The notes below the pieces were generated by a model. It was not told the origin of the DNA and ran no database searches. It saw only the letters and a program-made list of their open reading frames with translations. 30,753 nucleotides of DNA from Promethearchaeota archaeon. GTDB taxonomy: Archaea; Asgardarchaeota; Thorarchaeia; Thorarchaeales; Thorarchaeaceae. Below, in pieces: positions 1 through 8,471 of the stretch. The stretch is from NCBI GenBank assembly GCA_014728035.1, contig WJMJ01000068.1, positions 1 through 30,753 of the forward strand, read 5' to 3'. Within the stretch, counting starts at the first letter, position 1; each line of letters begins with the position of its first letter. Position numbers and translations under genes: made by a program.

Positions 1-121
1 AGAAACGGTACTGGAACTGGCTCGGTCCTGGTCAGGGATCCTGTGTCTTTAGACCAAATCTCTATTCCAGATCACTCCATATAAACTCCTATCAGATCTT
101 GTCCAACAATGTCCAAGTTTT
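1..121. repeat. Copy 1 (left end outside window) of a dispersed intergenic repeat, possibly MITE/REP-like
   Basis: 1-47 aligns ungapped to 13856-13902 (34/47 identical). ATGTCCAAGTTTT (109-121) is the exact reverse complement of AAAACTTGGACAT (13826-13838). Confidence 0.5.
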
Positions 122-235
122 CAGTAGCTGATTGCTACCCTGTCATTTAAAATAGGGGCATAATTTTATTCATATGAATCAATATCGATATTCTTATCTC
201 TATAGTTCAGATGGCTTTTTTTTGAGGAACTTTAA

Positions 236-886
236 GTGATAGGAATATCAAGAAACGTCAGAACTGATTCGAAAAGTATCGCATTATTGGCAATATTTTC
301 AGCTATGGTCGTTGCTCTAGAAGTATATCCTATTGTTGGTGTAACCGATTTAAAATTTCAGACAGGTGCTGCTCCATTTACCATAGATTGGACAGGAATC
401 CCAATCGTTCTAATTTTTGTAGGATTAGGTTTTGTATATTCCCTTGTTGCAATAGCTATGATGTTTATTGGAATCGGGTATCGAAATGTTCCTGGTGCTA
501 TCTTTAAGTCATGTGCTGAATTCTTCACAGTTCTAGGTCTGGTTATCACAAGATATTTGATCAGGGATAGAGATGTTGACTTCAAGTATCAACTTTTGTT
601 ATACTGTATTACGAGTTTGCTCTTTAGAGGAGTTGGGATGTTTTTTACAAATATCATTCTCCTTCCAATATTCTATCCTCTATATTATGGAACGATTGAG
701 GTTGTAATAACCACGTCAAGTATTCTTGTACCATGGAATATTCTACAAGCTATAATCAATGTCGTTGGTGGAATTGTTTTCTATAGATTCATTCCTGAGA
801 ATCTGAAGCAAGAGGCTGGCTTGGGAGAACATCATGTACGAGAAGGACTACGTGAGCTTGATGAAGATGAAATAGATACTTCATAA
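236..886 (+). CDS. ECF transporter substrate-binding (S) component-like membrane protein
   Basis: 216 aa with about 6 hydrophobic helices. N-terminal 'SIALLAIFSAMVVALE..P' and C-terminal 'ILVPWNILQAIIN' are typical of S components. GAGGA SD precedes GTG. Confidence 0.7.
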   Translation: MIGISRNVRTDSKSIALLAIFSAMVVALEVYPIVGVTDLKFQTGAAPFTIDWTGIPIVLIFVGLGFVYSLVAIAMMFIGIGYRNVPGAIFKSCAEFFTVLGLVITRYLIRDRDVDFKYQLLLYCITSLLFRGVGMFFTNIILLPIFYPLYYGTIEVVITTSSILVPWNILQAIINVVGGIVFYRFIPENLKQEAGLGEHHVREGLRELDEDEIDTS

Positions 887-927
887 AAGTGAAATGGGAG
901 TGAGGTTTTTCCTTTGCATGAAATAAA

Positions 928-1665
928 ATGCTAGTCATTCCTTTGAAAGACTTTCCTCAAATAAAGATTTTAGATGACTTGGAACTTATCATCGCTAATT
1001 ATTTTGAGGAAGAATCACTGGAAATAAATGATGGGGATATTTTAGTGGTTGCTCATACCATTGTTTCCATCGCAGAGGGGTCGGTAGTAAATAAGACTGA
1101 TGTAACAATAAGTGAGAGAGCGATGAAAATTGCTAAGAAGAACAATGTAGACCCCATCAAAGTCGAGCTTGCTCTACGAGATGGTGAAATTATTCGGGAC
1201 ACTCCTGTACTAATAACCCAAAATGAACATGGTCTGATAACTGATTATTCAGGTGTGGACGAAAGTAATGCCCCACCTGAATGTTTTGTTCTACTTCCAA
1301 CAAATCCTGACAGATCTGCAAGAAAACTGCACGAGTATTTCTTAGAGAAATTTGGTATACATGTTCCAGTTATCATCAGCGATACTCAGGGTAGACCTTG
1401 GAGAAAAGGGTCTATCAATCTCGCGATTGGAATAGCAGGCATGTCACCTTTTATGAAATATGCAGGTAGTACTGACCTTTATGGGAATGAATTGCATTCA
1501 TCAGTGGTATGTATTGCTGATGAATTAGCCTCAGCTGCAGAGTTAGTTATGGGTCAAGCAGATGAAGGTGTTCCTTTGGTTCTGATTAGAGGAGTAGAAT
1601 ACATCAAATCAGATGAAGATGCTTCGGAAATCATCAGGAACAAGAGTGAGAACCTTTTTCAATAA
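928..1665 (+). CDS. cofE: Coenzyme F420-0:L-glutamate ligase
   Basis: Motifs GDILVVAHTIVSIAEG, SGVDESN, LLPTNPDRSA, ISDTQGRPWRKG, ADELASAAELVMGQADEGVPLVLIRG. Confidence 0.93.
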   Translation: MLVIPLKDFPQIKILDDLELIIANYFEEESLEINDGDILVVAHTIVSIAEGSVVNKTDVTISERAMKIAKKNNVDPIKVELALRDGEIIRDTPVLITQNEHGLITDYSGVDESNAPPECFVLLPTNPDRSARKLHEYFLEKFGIHVPVIISDTQGRPWRKGSINLAIGIAGMSPFMKYAGSTDLYGNELHSSVVCIADELASAAELVMGQADEGVPLVLIRGVEYIKSDEDASEIIRNKSENLFQ

Positions 1666-1715
1666 AAGGACCTAACGAGAAATCATTCATAAAGAGATTT
1701 AGAGGTTCTGGTAAA

Positions 1716-2609
1716 ATGAAAGACATCAAGCGATTCATTCTTCCTTTACTGTTTGCTATATTGGGCATATATTTTGGTTTTCAGTTCATCAGAGAAACAG
1801 CGACACTTGTTACGACTCAGTTTCCGGTCTACAATATGATTCCTCTATTACAGGGGCCGACATCATATGATGCCACAGTAATTGCAGGAATAATTATTCC
1901 GATTGCAATAGTTCTCTATCTCGTAGTGACTATCCCTCTTTCAGCGGTTTATATCCTAGGAAACAGAATTGCAAAAGCTACTGCTTATGATATGAACATC
2001 ATGTCAATTGGGAACGAATTTGGAGGTGTTCGAATGATTCGTCGAGCATTTGTTCCAGCGTTATTCTGTATAACTTCTACGCAAATCGTATTGGGTCTTT
2101 TGCCAGATTTCGTATTTCAAGAACCCGATCCTTTAATAGTCCAAACACTCGGTCCTGCTTTTCGAGCTTTGTTGTCAGTTTCAAGCAGTCTTCTAGCTAT
2201 GCCGATTATTCTTGCTATTTTCACACCGACTTGGCTTCTAAATGATTCAGGCATTGTATATCATCTTACGAAAGATGAGCTAAAACATAGGAGATGTCCT
2301 GATACCATGGGAGTTGGTCGCTATTTTAGTAATTACTTTGGAGGCTTTTCACTATTGGCTTTTCCACTCACAATGGCTGCAAACTATTTCTACCGACCAT
2401 TCATAGTTGATGGCTTGCCTTTTACGTTTGGAAATATCTTCCAAGCTTTTTACTGGACTATTGGCTTACCAGTAATCCTTATGGCTTTCATCATTCCAAT
2501 TATTTTGGTAAATGAATTTCTTCTAGGAAGATTTTCTAAACCTATTCAGAATATTGCAAGGAAGTTTGGTGCAAAAGATATTAGATTAGAGAAAACAAAA
2601 GTTGCATGA
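1716..2609 (+). CDS. Uncharacterised multi-pass membrane protein, paralogue of 9684..10697
   Basis: About 6 TM segments. Shares PxWLLxDSG(I/V) and DxxGVGxxxxxxFxGF motifs with 9684..10697. GAGGT SD. Confidence 0.8.
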   Translation: MKDIKRFILPLLFAILGIYFGFQFIRETATLVTTQFPVYNMIPLLQGPTSYDATVIAGIIIPIAIVLYLVVTIPLSAVYILGNRIAKATAYDMNIMSIGNEFGGVRMIRRAFVPALFCITSTQIVLGLLPDFVFQEPDPLIVQTLGPAFRALLSVSSSLLAMPIILAIFTPTWLLNDSGIVYHLTKDELKHRRCPDTMGVGRYFSNYFGGFSLLAFPLTMAANYFYRPFIVDGLPFTFGNIFQAFYWTIGLPVILMAFIIPIILVNEFLLGRFSKPIQNIARKFGAKDIRLEKTKVA

Positions 2610-2611
2610 AG

Positions 2612-3100
2612 TCAATATGGAGGAGCTGAAATTTTTACTTTGTCTTTATCAAATAGGCAATCAGCTGCTTCTTTGATTTCTCTAGCTATTACCGCTAAAC
2701 GTGGTTCAATATTCTTTAAGTCGCGATGAACCTTTTTACTAAGTATTTCTATTGACTTAACTCTATCAAGTGTCATTTTGAGACCAAGTTCCAGAAGGTC
2801 GTCAACACTAACTCGTAATCTGTAGAGTTTTTTCTTTCTACCTCGGCCTGTCTGACTCGTATCAGTGGTATGGGAAATTATTTCCAGACTCTCTAGTGTA
2901 TTTAGCGTTGTGTTAATGCTAGATCTTGAATAAGGTACTCTATCACAGATATATTCTGCACTCAGTGGTTTCATATCTGTATATTTAGCAATTACTAATT
3001 GTCCCAAAACAGATGCTACATTTTCACCGAGTCCCCAGAAATCCACGATTTTTTTGCACAAACGTTCAATCATTTTTTGTGGAGTAATGGGTTTCGTCAT
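2612..3100 (-). CDS. GbsR/MarR-like winged-helix transcriptional regulator
   Basis: 'WGLGENVASVLGQL', HTH 'LSAEYICDRVPYSRSSINTTLNTLESLEII', wing 'GRGRKKKLYRL'. Confidence 0.75.
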   Translation of the reverse strand: MTKPITPQKMIERLCKKIVDFWGLGENVASVLGQLVIAKYTDMKPLSAEYICDRVPYSRSSINTTLNTLESLEIISHTTDTSQTGRGRKKKLYRLRVSVDDLLELGLKMTLDRVKSIEILSKKVHRDLKNIEPRLAVIAREIKEAADCLFDKDKVKISAPPY

Positions 3101-3271
3101 TTTACAAATCTCTTATTACGCGAATTAATATTATTATATTAGGTAGAATAATATAATTATTTTCATTTAATGGATGATTAATGTGTAAATTCAGAACTTA
3201 ATTGAATTCTTTCAGAATTTATCAGCTTATTGTATTTGCAAGATTTACCAAACCAATTAAACAAATCAATC

Positions 3272-4555
3272 CTATGATTTCTCTGATAATTTCTTATATT
3301 CTATGAATTTTTGAACCTGCACGATGACATTGGCAATAAGATTGATATTATTTTCTAGCCAAGTTACAAGATATTTTGGTGCTAAAATTTTCTCTCTTGA
3401 TCCAAAAGACACAATCCCCATCATTTCCATCTCCTTATACATCGGAATAACACAAGTGTACTCGTATTCTGAAAAGGTAGCATTATCAAATTCCTTTGGA
3501 TTAGCTATATGACTTATTCTTCTTTCTGTTATTCCAAGATTCTCGATTGCATTAACCCAGGTATTGTACTTATGAATCATCTCCTCGTCTGCACCAATCG
3601 AATATTTCAGCAAGAAATCTTGCGATTCTTCATCTCGCAAATGGAACATAGCAAAATCAAAATTAGTCGCTTTATTTACATAATTTATAGAAATACGTAT
3701 TGCATCATCAACATTTTCTATCTTGGTTAAATCGTGAATGAGCTCACCTTGAAGAACTAATAGTCTTTCTTTTGTTTTTCTTTCTGTGATATCACGCATG
3801 CTTCCAATTACAGCATTGAAATGTGTATCATCATCATATATAACAACGTGATTATCGCTTATCCAACGATATAATCCCTCTGGATCTCTGAATCTATATT
3901 CAAGCTGGTAAGACTCATTTGGTTTGCTATGCTTTAGCATTTCTCTATGCTTGGAAACCATTTCAAGCTCATCAGGATGATTGAGTTGTCTTCTTCCGGA
4001 TAGACCCATCTCACTTAGTTCATTTGGTGTGTATCCCATCACATATTTTAATGAGGGACTTATGTATACATATTGCTTCTTCTTGAAATCATATTTATAG
4101 AGGCAATCTCTTGAATTCTCTAATACTTCTCGGAAGCTTTTTTCAGCGGTTTGTATTGCTTCTCGTGTATTTTTGTCTTTCACTACTTCATGGATATAGT
4201 GGAATAAATCTGAAAGAATTGATTGCATATTTTCTTTTTTTATAAAGAAATCTGCTTGCAAGTTCAATGCTTTGATGGTATTATCCTTGTTTACCTGATC
4301 AGTGAAAATTATGAATGGAATAGTCCCATCATTCTCTTTTATCCATTCCAATAGATCAATTCCATTGTTATCTCCATCTCCGATGTCAAAATCAGAAAGA
4401 ATCGCATCTATTTCATTTTCTTCAAATATACGGATAGCTTCGAACATAGATTTTGCAGGATATATTTTTATGTCGAAACCTATTTTTTCTGTAAATCTGC
4501 TTACCTCTTCTAGTAAATCCCCGTAGCGATCGACAACAAGTATATTGTAGTCCAA
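3272..4555 (-). CDS. Response regulator receiver-PAS/PAC-GAF-like signalling protein with no kinase or DNA-binding output domain
   Basis: REC motifs ILVVD, DAILSDFDI, NGIDLL, FIIFT, FFIKK. PAS 'YVYISPS...GYTPNEL...HPDE...EYRFRDPEGLYRWI...RDITERK'. GAF-like C-terminus 'CVIPMYKEMEMMGIVSFG'. Confidence 0.85.
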   Translation of the reverse strand: MDYNILVVDRYGDLLEEVSRFTEKIGFDIKIYPAKSMFEAIRIFEENEIDAILSDFDIGDGDNNGIDLLEWIKENDGTIPFIIFTDQVNKDNTIKALNLQADFFIKKENMQSILSDLFHYIHEVVKDKNTREAIQTAEKSFREVLENSRDCLYKYDFKKKQYVYISPSLKYVMGYTPNELSEMGLSGRRQLNHPDELEMVSKHREMLKHSKPNESYQLEYRFRDPEGLYRWISDNHVVIYDDDTHFNAVIGSMRDITERKTKERLLVLQGELIHDLTKIENVDDAIRISINYVNKATNFDFAMFHLRDEESQDFLLKYSIGADEEMIHKYNTWVNAIENLGITERRISHIANPKEFDNATFSEYEYTCVIPMYKEMEMMGIVSFGSREKILAPKYLVTWLENNINLIANVIVQVQKFIEYKKLSEKS

Positions 4556-4614
4556 TTGTTTTTCTCCGTTTTCATTAGTACAAGACCATATTATCTGTAC
4601 TTATAGAAAAGCTT

Positions 4615-5283
4615 TCACATTCGATGGTGAACGGGAACATTCCCTTCATAGAGATCTCTTGATGATTTAGCTCCAGAATCTACTGAAGGCGATATATCCC
4701 ATGGTGATGATATGAACAAAATAGAGTGTGGTCTAGTATCTTTGTCAATAGAAACATATCCTTTCTTCTCCAAATTCTTGATGTGTTTCCTGAGTTTTCC
4801 TGCACTAAGTTCCATTTCAGATGCTATCTCTTTATATGTAGATTTTTTCTTTCTTTGTAGAATCTCTAAAGCACGAAATTCGGGTATTGTCCGAAATGCA
4901 CGCCGAAGGGCTTCATTTTCCATCCTGATAGATGCATCATCTCCACTAGATAATTGAGAAATAGTTCCTCGTAAATCCGCTATCTCTTCAGATAAGGAGG
5001 CTCGTTCATCTGCAAATCTAGTGATTATTCCACTTGACGCATGAATGATTTCAGCGCTTAGATCATTTCCTAATCCGTGGAGTGCCTCCTTTGAAGCCAT
5101 TCGTGATTCCTTCAACAGAGCACCTATGTCTGATGAATCAAACCATTCTCCTTGAACGAGATCATCAAGTTGATTGAAATATGCATCTAATCGTACGGTC
5201 CATGCATCACGCACTTCTTGCAAGACTCCTGCTAATCTTAGTGTCAATCTTGCTGAGGTCTCATCTGAAGTCATTGATACCAC
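4615..5283 (-). CDS. Coiled-coil protein with C-terminal winged HTH (putative DNA-binding regulator)
   Basis: Helical N-terminus, then 'RALEILQRKKKSTYKEIASEMELSAGKLRKHIKNLEKKGYVSI'. The exact start is uncertain. Confidence 0.7.
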   Translation of the reverse strand: MVSMTSDETSARLTLRLAGVLQEVRDAWTVRLDAYFNQLDDLVQGEWFDSSDIGALLKESRMASKEALHGLGNDLSAEIIHASSGIITRFADERASLSEEIADLRGTISQLSSGDDASIRMENEALRRAFRTIPEFRALEILQRKKKSTYKEIASEMELSAGKLRKHIKNLEKKGYVSIDKDTRPHSILFISSPWDISPSVDSGAKSSRDLYEGNVPVHHRM

Positions 5284-5373
5284 TCAATCTTATTCTGACA
5301 TTCTCTTAGATTAGAGCTAGTGTCACCTGGGTATGACACACTTTTTGTACTGGATATCAGGAAATCACGATTT

Positions 5374-6210
5374 CTATGTGAAATCCTTCCAATAGATACG
5401 ATCGCGTATTTTATCAAGGCCTGGAGGGGCTTTTATTGACCTAACTTTTGTACTAGCTGTTGGAATATTTGATACATCAATTACAATTCGCTGGAGCTTG
5501 GGACAATGAAATAATGCTGTTACCTCAATAAATGGGACTTTGTTTTCAGAGAGGTCTAGCCACTTCAAATTTTTACAGTGTTGTAGTGGGTTGAGCTCGA
5601 AATCCCAGACTCTTAGTTTTCTTAACCATAACCCTTCAAGACTCTCACATTCTGCGATTGGGTCCAACTCTAATAGAAGAATTGGACAATATTCTAAAAA
5701 TAGTTCTCTTAAATTCTTCAATTTTGATAATGGATTGAGATCAATCTCTATGAATGGATTTCTATCAAGTCGTAAGTACTCGAGTGATTTACAATGAGCT
5801 AACGGGGCAATATTGATTTCCTCTATCAGGTTTCTATGAAGTCGGAGGTCTCTAAGTGCAGTACACATAGCAAGTGGTGAAAGATAGATGCTATCTAGAG
5901 CATTATTGTGAAGGTCTAATATTCGGAGATTATCACATCTCCCAAGAGGTGCTAAGAATACGTTTGTCAATTGATTCATTCCAAGGTTGAGTTCCTCAAG
6001 ATGGTCCGCACGTACAAGTGGTCCCAAGTCAATTTCAGTGATGTAATTTTCACTCAGGTCGATTTTCCTTATATCTGAAAATCTATTCAATTGGGCAAGA
6101 TTGATCTTACTAATACCAAGTCCACTGAGATCAATGAAAGTTTCGTCTACATCGAAAGCTTTCTCATACCTTCTATTTATGTGATTCAAATAGCTTATTC
6201 TGACTTCCAT
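5374..6210 (-). CDS. Leucine-rich repeat protein (24-aa LRRs)
   Basis: About 9 repeats of LxxLxLxxNx(I/L)xx(I/V)xLxPLxxCxx. Start moved to in-frame ATG 6210 (MEVRISY), which removes the overlap with the divergent gene. Confidence 0.88.
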   Translation of the reverse strand: MEVRISYLNHINRRYEKAFDVDETFIDLSGLGISKINLAQLNRFSDIRKIDLSENYITEIDLGPLVRADHLEELNLGMNQLTNVFLAPLGRCDNLRILDLHNNALDSIYLSPLAMCTALRDLRLHRNLIEEINIAPLAHCKSLEYLRLDRNPFIEIDLNPLSKLKNLRELFLEYCPILLLELDPIAECESLEGLWLRKLRVWDFELNPLQHCKNLKWLDLSENKVPFIEVTALFHCPKLQRIVIDVSNIPTASTKVRSIKAPPGLDKIRDRIYWKDFT

Positions 6211-6328
6211 GTCGCAGCCTCGTTCCCAGTTGGTCCCCAACTTGAATGTGATATATGGTCCTTTTGAGTATTTAACCTTCATAACCCTTTTCTGCTTTGG
6301 GTGTATCAACTACAATGTGAAACATGGA

Positions 6329-6631
6329 ATGTCATCGAGTAACTATGAACAAAGAATAAGGGGTGCAATTAGATTACTATTCGATGCTTCTCGTACAGAA
6401 TCTGATTCGGACATGAGAAAGAAAAGCTCAACCGCATTGGAAGAAATAACTGGCATTGTGAAAGAGATTATGGACGAGACTGATGATGTCATTATTGGAG
6501 CTCCACAGAAACGTGCTCTTAATGATATTGCTCATATGCTTGGACACATCGATGGTAAATCATTGATGTTAGCACTCGGTCTAGAATATAAGAAGAAACC
6601 CTCTCATGTTCCACCCCCACCACCTGGTTAG
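6329..6631 (+). CDS. Small helical hypothetical protein with C-terminal polyproline (HVPPPPPG)
   Basis: In-frame ATG 6329 (MSSSNYEQRIRG) gives a 100-aa amphipathic protein. The longer call from 6209 would overlap the LRR gene start. Confidence 0.7.
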   Translation: MSSSNYEQRIRGAIRLLFDASRTESDSDMRKKSSTALEEITGIVKEIMDETDDVIIGAPQKRALNDIAHMLGHIDGKSLMLALGLEYKKKPSHVPPPPPG

Positions 6632-6654
6632 GCAGCTTATTATTAACCACTCGA

Positions 6655-7632
6655 TTAATGAGTGGTTTCTTTTTCTTCATGAGAACTGAAATCCAATAAT
6701 ACTGCTGTGAGCATCGATGTCACTCCAATCATCAATACAATTGGAAATATCATTGGAATTAGTAATGCACCAAATATCATCAATAGCGAAATCAAGATTG
6801 TATTGATACTTCTTTTAGCCCAATGATTTACCTTAACCAGATCTAATAGATTTCCCAAGACATATACTATAATGATGACAACTAACGCTGGAAGTAACAG
6901 ATGGAAATATACTGATTCGAGAAATATTCCTATTATTAGAGACACACAGAGAAAAACAGAGATTGCGATTCTTTCAAGAGGTTCAAATCTAACATCTTCA
7001 TCTGTTCTGAATTGGACAACAGATACTATACTTACTGAGAAGAAAACCGACATCACTAAGAACATAGGCAAGTATGCAGATCTGTATACATTCGATTTTG
7101 CTATGTACATTGTATCTTCGAGCGTGCTAGGCTCGAAAACGAATTCTTGATTCTCCCCTGTTGGATTGCTAATAATCAAAGACCAATTGGCTATCTGCCC
7201 TTGTTCTGTATACAGGTAAGGTAATCTAAAAGATGTAAAATTGAATTCTGAAACTTCCAGGACATATTCAGAGCTCTCGTTGTTTACGTCCATTAACGAA
7301 AGTGTGATATTATTTGAAGGTGTAACATGTGCATAAACTGAGCATACTACATACCAATTTGACAGTTGGGTAATCTCGATAGTATCTTTAGGACTTAGAG
7401 TCCCACTCCACCTTTGACTACCACTAAGATATATATCGCCAGTATTGTATCCGTCAATCAGAATTAGGCCAGATAAGTGAAACGGAATTGCTACAACTGA
7501 TGGTGCTATCAAAATGATAGCTAGTATCTTCTTAGAATAAAGGAAACTAACTCTTTTTGATTTTGATAGTATCCATATACCAATAACTATGCCAGTTAAT
7601 ACATAGAGGTGTGATAGATCTAGCGCAATCAT
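6655..7632 (-). CDS. Hypothetical membrane protein (2 N-terminal TMs, extracellular beta-rich domain, about 5 C-terminal TMs)
   Basis: Hydrophobicity pattern; N-x-S/T sequons in the soluble loop; GAGGA SD. Confidence 0.7.
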   Translation of the reverse strand: MIALDLSHLYVLTGIVIGIWILSKSKRVSFLYSKKILAIILIAPSVVAIPFHLSGLILIDGYNTGDIYLSGSQRWSGTLSPKDTIEITQLSNWYVVCSVYAHVTPSNNITLSLMDVNNESSEYVLEVSEFNFTSFRLPYLYTEQGQIANWSLIISNPTGENQEFVFEPSTLEDTMYIAKSNVYRSAYLPMFLVMSVFFSVSIVSVVQFRTDEDVRFEPLERIAISVFLCVSLIIGIFLESVYFHLLLPALVVIIIVYVLGNLLDLVKVNHWAKRSINTILISLLMIFGALLIPMIFPIVLMIGVTSMLTAVLLDFSSHEEKETTH

Positions 7633-7685
7633 TACTTATTCCTCAATTAAATCACATGCCAATAAATGATGCACTAAGTGTCTTA

Positions 7686-8156
7686 TCAAATCTTGGTGGC
7701 TTCAATCCAATCTTCTATTGGTGTTCTTAAAAATTCTTCAATTCCTTCTTCTTTTACCAATTTGAAATAATAATGTGCTTTTTTTAGATACTCAACATAA
7801 TCCAATCCCTCAATCTTCCTACAACATGCAGATTGATGATACAGATGGGCCAAGTTAAGACTAGAATTATCTCCGTTTTTCACCTCCTCAATGAGTATAT
7901 CATATTTGTCACAGGTTTCTTCTGAATATGGCAAGTCCTCTTCAATGTCATCATCAATCATTTCGAAGTTGCTTGGAAAATCCACTAGATTACAATGTGG
8001 ACACATGGCATAGAAAATAACCATCGGATTGTAACCCCAGTATTTCTTGCAGAGATGTTCGTCTACATTAGCAAATCCAAATGATGCCAATGAATCTGCA
8101 TAGAACTTACCTGAACAATCAGGACATCTTAACTTCAATGTCACGAAGGTTGTCAT
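7686..8156 (-). CDS. DUF2225-like zinc-ribbon protein with helical (TPR-like) C-terminus
   Basis: CPDC...F, 'YNPMVIFYAMCPHC...FPSNFE', followed by 'LAHLYHQSACCRK...YLKKAHYYF'. Confidence 0.72.
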   Translation of the reverse strand: MTTFVTLKLRCPDCSGKFYADSLASFGFANVDEHLCKKYWGYNPMVIFYAMCPHCNLVDFPSNFEMIDDDIEEDLPYSEETCDKYDILIEEVKNGDNSSLNLAHLYHQSACCRKIEGLDYVEYLKKAHYYFKLVKEEGIEEFLRTPIEDWIEATKI

Positions 8157-8217
8157 GGATAAGATAGAAGATACTTTTCTTATTATTCTCTCCCTTTCGT
8201 GGAGATTATAGAAACAA

Positions 8218-8310
8218 TCACAGATTATCTACTAAAGAGGTTAAAACATCAAAGTAGAATATACCTTTACACTCAGGACATTTCAGTGTTAGTCTCATAA
8301 ATGTGGTCAT
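8218..8310 (-). pseudogene. 30-codon ORF MTTFMRLTLKCPECKGIFYFDVLTSLVDNL duplicating the N-terminus of 7686..8156 (gene remnant or small leader peptide)
   Basis: Translated by hand: ATG at 8310, TGA at 8220-8218. Aligns with MTTFVTLKLRCPDCSGKFYADSLAS. Confidence 0.75.
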
Positions 8311-8471
8311 TGCAATAGCTATAGCTGTTTTTGACTATCAATTTCTCTGAAAAGAATCATTATAGTGAAAAATATCGAAAGCGTAAGGCTTATGGTGGGT
8401 TTATGTATTAATTCAATTGCGGAGTAGCTTTAAAAACACTATTCAAGACATATGTTATGTAGGGTAGAAAA

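Noticed and set aside
1-80. Minus-strand AGGAG-ATG GAG TGA TCT... as a possible selenoprotein start (in-frame UGA)
   Set aside because: No recognisable selenoprotein motif or SECIS is visible, and the region is better explained by the dispersed repeat.
3133-3157. ATTATATTA-N7-TAATATAAT inverted repeat upstream of the GbsR-like gene (possible auto-operator)
   Set aside because: Purely A/T in a very AT-rich gap; cannot be distinguished from low complexity.
6209-6328. Overlapping N-terminal extensions of the LRR gene (to 6309) and of the 6209 ORF
   Set aside because: Both are removed by using internal ATGs (6210 minus, 6329 plus), which leaves a normal divergent promoter.
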